Assembly: GCA_000708835.1 (NCBI GenBank)
Contig: DF237030.1
Span: forward strand, 124,001-188,000
Source of the DNA: Klebsormidium nitens
Lineage: Eukaryota > Plantae > Klebsormidiophyceae
Length of the DNA stretch: 64,000 nt
Direction: 5' to 3'
Shown here one piece after another: positions 58,571 to 64,000 of the stretch (the stretch's first letter is position 1; each line of letters starts with the position of its first letter). The notes under the pieces were generated by a model. It was not told the origin of the DNA, made no database searches, and saw nothing but the letters and a program-made list of their open reading frames with translations. A program made the position numbers and the translations under genes.

Positions 58571-61500
58571 ATGGACCCACCCAAGGTCTCGTTTGAAGCG
58601 CCTGGTGTTCGTTCCCAGACCCAGCGCAGTGTCACTGCAACAAATAGCGGGCTCAGCAGAACCCCGAGCGACCAGCTCCCAGAGCAAGCCAGGAGCTCAA
58701 GGGTGCAGTTCAGCGACTTATCCAAGCGTCTGCTGACTAAAGCGAGAAGGGGGGCGACCAGCTTTGTCTTTTCTGACCGCATGAACAGTGAGAAGCTGGA
58801 TAGATATGGTTTGGGGCCGATAGCTTATGAGGAGCTGCCGGATGAGGAGGTCCTGGCTGCCCTGGCCGCAGAGCATGAGTTTAGGGTGCGCTACACATGC
58901 AAGGGCCTGGAGCTCTGCTGTTTTATGCTCTTCGGCCTCGTCTTCTTTGTCGCTGTGGCTTTGCAGGCAAGCATCTTCTCTCACTCCTACCAGTTCTTTT
59001 CATTTTCTTGCCCCGTCTTACTCTTGAGTAGAATAAAAAGAAAAAGCTGAAAAGCCCTTGTTTTTTCAGTGCACTATGCGGGTTGAGCTGGTGTTTGACA
59101 AGGACGTGCCACACTTCCTAGGCCCTGTCTTTTGTTGTAGCTTCTCTTGAAGCACCTGAAACTTTCAAGATCGGAAGGTTTACAATCGGCAAGCTGTCGT
59201 TTCATGTTCTTCATAACGTTCTCTTCTGCATGGAGTTACAGTGGCCCCTCTTTCTCCCCACGTCTCCCATCGTCCACAGACACACTGACTTTTGGCGTTG
59301 CAAGGTCCAAAGGTTTACATGTACCGTATCTCAGATCACCCTGCTAACCTGTCTCGCAAGCGTTGGTGGTGCACGTCATTGAGGTGGTTAAGACGTATAA
59401 GGAAAGCTTTTGGGATCCAGATTGACATTCCGAAAGTTGCGGAAAGTCCTCTCCCTTGCCTTGAGGGGGGAGGAAACGCGTTGATTGAAAGCTGGGGATT
59501 ACATGGTTGGGGAGCGGTCACATCGATAGTCCTTTACGCAGAATCTGGTCTGGATTCTCCCAGTGATTTTTATTAGGAGGAGTACACTCAACTGTCAGAT
59601 CAAGGGGGTTGCTAAGATGCAGCATTATGCTTGTACTTCTACTCTCTTATTTTTCCGAAACTTGTTTGGACCTGATGCATGCGGCCAGGAAACTTGGTTG
59701 CAGCTCCTTGCCCTCTGTGAGACTTATTGGAACGGTTCGTATTCAGAGCCTTAGCTTTCACTACAACCAGGTCAGTGTGTCAACAAATCTCTCGTTTGCA
59801 GTGAGCGTCTCCCCCAACAAACCTCTGGTCAAAGAAAGCTCAGCGTATCTCAAACTTGTTGCTGCCCCCAGCGCTGCATAGATTCGTTTAGTCATGTGTT
59901 TGCCCTCCTGTTGCAGTGGAGTGCACCAGTTGTCTTTCCTTTCAGCCCCCAAACTTTTAAGAACCCCAAAAAAGCCTGACAACTTGTGAGTTGAGATTCT
60001 GGAACCGCCGCCCCTTTCCTGCAGATCCGGGCTGCGCACTCGTTTGGCGTCAACAACACTATCTTCTCGCGGCTTCCGCTGGACCCCTACTCAGGGGGTC
60101 TGTTGAAAGAGTTTCCCTCCATGGACTCGCTCGTGAATTGGGTGAACACCTCACTTGTTTCCAACATCTGGATGGACCCAGGGTGAGAGCCCCCTTTACT
60201 TCCATGATGACGCCTCCTCTTCACGTTAACAAACTGCATCTCATGCTATTGCACCCTTGCTTTGAAGTTTTATCCTGGGGTCTTGGGTTTGCGAGCCTTA
60301 CCTGCTCAAACACAAAAGCCGTCATCCCCATTATTTCACCTTCTCTGGATGCAAGGAACAGAAGTCTAGACTTCAGATTGCACTGACTGATTCGATTGCT
60401 TGCCTGTGCTTTGGTAGGGGCCTGGATGATCTTTTTCATCCGAAGTATTAATGAGAAGCATGTAAGTCTTCAACCCCGCTGGCGATTTATCGTCTCGGAA
60501 AAGATCAGGCTCACTCTTCGGTCCAGCACACTCCAGACTTTCTTCTCTTCAAGCAAGCAAGAACAATTTGCCTATAAATAACCAGTCAGTATTGCTGTTT
60601 CGGCAGCTGCGGGAATGGCGTCTGTGACTATCCAATGGAACTTCCTGGTGGCATCTACGCTGATCGGGGCTGTCCGGAAGACTGCGGCGACGTTCGGGAT
60701 GCATCCGTTCAAGTACTCCTGTCGGGCGAGTGAGTGCCTCATCCTTCTTACTGTTTCTCGATTTGAGCGAGACTCGCTGCTGGCATAGATTCGTGGCTGG
60801 CAAGTGACATCATAGTCGCTCTGGTGTTTCTGACATGGGTCAAGCGAGAGCCGCCTGTGTATAAAAGCCGCCGTCAGGTTGGTGAAGCACGTAGGAAAGT
60901 AGTCTTGATGTTGGGTCATTGTGCTGCACCGCAATGCGAAAGTCGTCTGGAAGGGACAGATTGCACTGCCCATGTATGCTCACGGCAGTTCCTTTTCACG
61001 AGCGGACGATATTGATTTGCTTAAGCATTCTCCTCTCAGCAAAATTTTCACCTTCTCAAGGATCAGACGTGTTCATGGCCCTGCGTTTGGTCGTTTCCTG
61101 CAATGCGTCTGCCTTCAAGTTATCTCGGAAGGCGTTCCATCAGTCTCCCAGGGTGGTCTACCGCCCTATCGTGTCTTGCAGGGTGACCAGAAAAGTTGCA
61201 GATTGCGTATCATCAGCGAAGCCGAGAATTCGCGGTCTGTCTCTCATTCTAGTTTCGCTTGGTGCTTGAAGTGTCCCCCGTTTGTGCCAGGGCTGCTGCC
61301 GCCTATCTGAAATCCACCGCCACATATCCAATCCAGATGTGCTGGACCTTTGGTGGCGCCTCTGACTGCATGTAAGGTTTCAATCCTCTGATTGTTTTGT
61401 TTCAAGCTTTGCTTCTCGTTCCTTTACTTGTCTAAACTCAGAATTCAGGAAAGCAATAATGTATCCTCGGCTGGCGGTGATACTAGGGCAGAAAGTTTCA

Positions 61501-63638
61501 CTTGTATGGGGTCCCATCGTTTTATAGGGGCAGGCACGTGCAGATCAAGGTCTACTTCGAGGCTTTGCTCACTCTCTCCCTTTCTAGGGCGGACCCCGGG
61601 TGGAAACTCGAGGGGTCCGGTCTTTTACGGCGCAGAAGATTTCAGGATCCTGATGTGTAAATTTTGGGTTTGAAGCGTCAGAATTGTGTTCTGTATCGAT
61701 TCCTGTACGCTCCACAGTTTTGTCCGACAATCTACATCTTTGTTTCTGCTAACGCTCTTTGATCCTGCTTTCGACAAATACAAATGTCATCGAATCATTT
61801 ATCATCAGATTTAAACAAGTCGCTACCCCCTGCTTATCCCCCCATTCTGCTCGCGTTTGATGGACGAGTCTCGTCCGTGCAGTGAAGGCACACCGCAGCC
61901 TGTTCAATTGCTCTTCAAGGACTCCATACTGATCCAGGTACGCTTTCATCGATTCCCATCTGGACGTTCGCTCGTCATCTCATCACGGAGACTTGAAAGC
62001 AAAAGCAGCGGCACAGTGCGTCCCCGTCTTTGCAAAGCTTGCATTGAAGGTTTCACCAGTGAGCCGTTTACGATACTCCCAGCTGATTGGTGGATTGCGA
62101 CCCTTGCCTTGATCTGCAGTACAACCGACAAAGGTCGGCAGGTTTGCAAAGGCTGTGATTGGGTCAGAAGCGCCCCGTGGCGCCTCGCTTTAGAAGCTCA
62201 AGTCCAGAAAAGAACAGGGATTAGAAAGGAAGGAACGGGCAGAAGATTGGAAGAAGAACAGGAAATTGACTTGAATAGAAAGCAAAGGAAGAACCTTCAA
62301 AGAATGTGCGATGCAAGGCCCGGGAGTAAGCGTGTGGTCCATGATAGCGCGAAATCCCGACAGAGTATTTCTGATGCAGATTGACTACTTTTTGAACGAG
62401 AGTCCCGATGCCACGTGGCACATTATTGTACCTTTCGGAGGTCAGTCCGTTTGATTGTTCCAATGGAAGGTCCGGGGTCGATCGAAAAGCGCTGTGTTCT
62501 TCTATTGTAAACTCCGAATATAGCGCAGACAGGTAGGATACCGTCCCTGCTTCATAGCTTTGCAAATAAGTTTCTTGTTTTTTGAGCAATTTGAAGAGCG
62601 AACGTGGACGTCAGCCCTTTTGTTTGACGTATGACTTGACTTGAGCGGCGTTTGCTCACAGGTCAAGAGGCGCAAGTATCTCTGGCGTCGCGAGAACAAA
62701 CTGTCCTGGTGAGCAGCTCGGTCATGCCTCTTAACTGGAAAAGCAATTCTTCGCATTTGAGAGCTGAGACTATCTCAAGGAGTCACTGACTCTAAAGCTT
62801 TCTAGATTAGCTCATCTTGACACAGTTAGAGTTCTGGGTACCTCTTGGAGACTGGAGAACTCGCTCATGTGCAGAATGGGACGAACTATTCCCTAACTCT
62901 CCCCCTTCACCTCAGGTGTTTGGCGGCCCAAACGGCTACACGCACATTCCCCAAATTAAGACGTGGTGGCTCTGGCCTTCGGACGGCAACCGGACGGTCG
63001 TTTTGGACGGCCGAGCGCTGCTGGACAACGTGGAAGCCGCGGACGCTTGCGTCAGCCTCGGGTTCAACTACACGGTCCAGTGCCAGGTGCCCTTTGCTGG
63101 TGAGTAGGCAGTTTATGCAGGTTTTGTCTTTGCAGATCTTTGTTTCTTCTCTTTTTCGCGTGTGCTATCAAGCAGCAAAGCTTGTATTAAGCGCTGCATT
63201 GGACTGTCGGGAATTCACTCCGCTTTCGAAAGAACAAAAGTTTTGCTTTAAGTACACAGCGCAGCGCCAGGCTGCTAGCTCGTACGTTGTTTTGAGCTCC
63301 AGCATGATTCCACCTCCTACACGCGGTTGCTGTATTGGCCTACAAAAGCAACGAAAGCCATCACCGTACGAGTCTGAGACGAAGCAGAGTCTACTCCCGA
63401 AGGCAACAAGTTTTATCAGAACCCTCGCGAAACCGTTACAGAATCGTCTTTCAGCAGACAATCCTAAAGGGCTAATTCTGCTTTTTCCAGGCACCATCCT
63501 TCCGCCCGCCGACGGTTGCTGCGTCGGTCTCAACAATCAAACGATCGCCCTGGAAGGCATCAACCCGCGCAAGCTCTACCAGCAGCTGCTCCTGACGACG
63601 CCACGTGTCATTGGGGCGGCCGACAAGCAATCCAACAG
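58571..63638 (+). CDS. Polycystin-2 (PKD2/TRPP)-like membrane protein, 5' part, continues beyond the window
   Basis: Exon 58571-58966 ends in a TM helix (GC donor). It joins 60025-60182 and 60607-60729 in phase to give SLVNWVNTSLVSNIWMDPGCGNGVCDYPMELPG...GCPEDCG, resembling the Cys-rich first extracellular loop I recall from green-algal PKD2-like proteins. Further exons are 62916-63099 and 63491-63638; those between are unresolved. The pore domain is not in the window, so channel identity is inferred. Confidence 0.55.
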
Positions 63639-64000
63639 GTAGGCAAATCTTGGAAGTCGAGCCAGCTTCTTTGTACGGTTGATCGTACTTTGTCATCTAT
63701 GTATCTTCGGATAAGTCCTGCCTGCGCGTCGAAAGAACCGACTTAGGCAACATCCATGTCGTCAGAAATCCAATCTTGCATCCATACGCATGACTTAAAT
63801 CTCCAGAGTCCCAGAGACCCACAAACAGTTTGCCACACTGCTTTCCCAACATCGGCTCGGGTTCGGCTCCCTCACTGCAGCATCTATGTCGTTTTCCGAC
63901 TGCTTTGATCGGGCCCTGGAGAGTCACGAGGAAGACCTGAACGAATGTCGCTGCTGACGTCAGCTCGTCAGGATGCTGACGTCAGCTTGTTTGCGCGGCA

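Overview
Intron-rich eukaryotic nuclear DNA with GC-rich exons. Land-plant-like genes (BAM2-type beta-amylase, MIP2/NBAS, plant-type LRRs) sit beside flagellar genes (DRC5, PKD2-like), which points to a streptophyte alga such as Klebsormidium (inference; no search was run). Hand splicing gives, in order: a lipoxygenase (+, 5' end outside the window); an LRR-ectodomain / XK-like multipass membrane gene with a frameshift (-); two damaged MYND-finger genes (+); tRNA-Thr(CGT); a BolA4-like gene; MIP2/NBAS (-); a Crinkler-like ubiquitin-fold + NTPase gene with a nonsense codon (+); BAM2-like beta-amylase (-); DRC5/TCTE1 (+); and the 5' part of a PKD2/polycystin-like gene (+). Four observations stand out. 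(1) Introns of five genes carry decaying tandem 'echoes' of the adjacent splice junction plus exon edge. (2) A kinase-less receptor-like gene fuses about 18 plant LRRs to an XK-scramblase-like domain. (3) The palindrome TGACGTCA is strongly over-represented (at least 17 copies versus about 1 expected). (4) All reading-frame lesions fall in expanded-family genes, while the housekeeping genes splice cleanly wherever I could reconstruct them. All calls are from manual reading and recalled family motifs.
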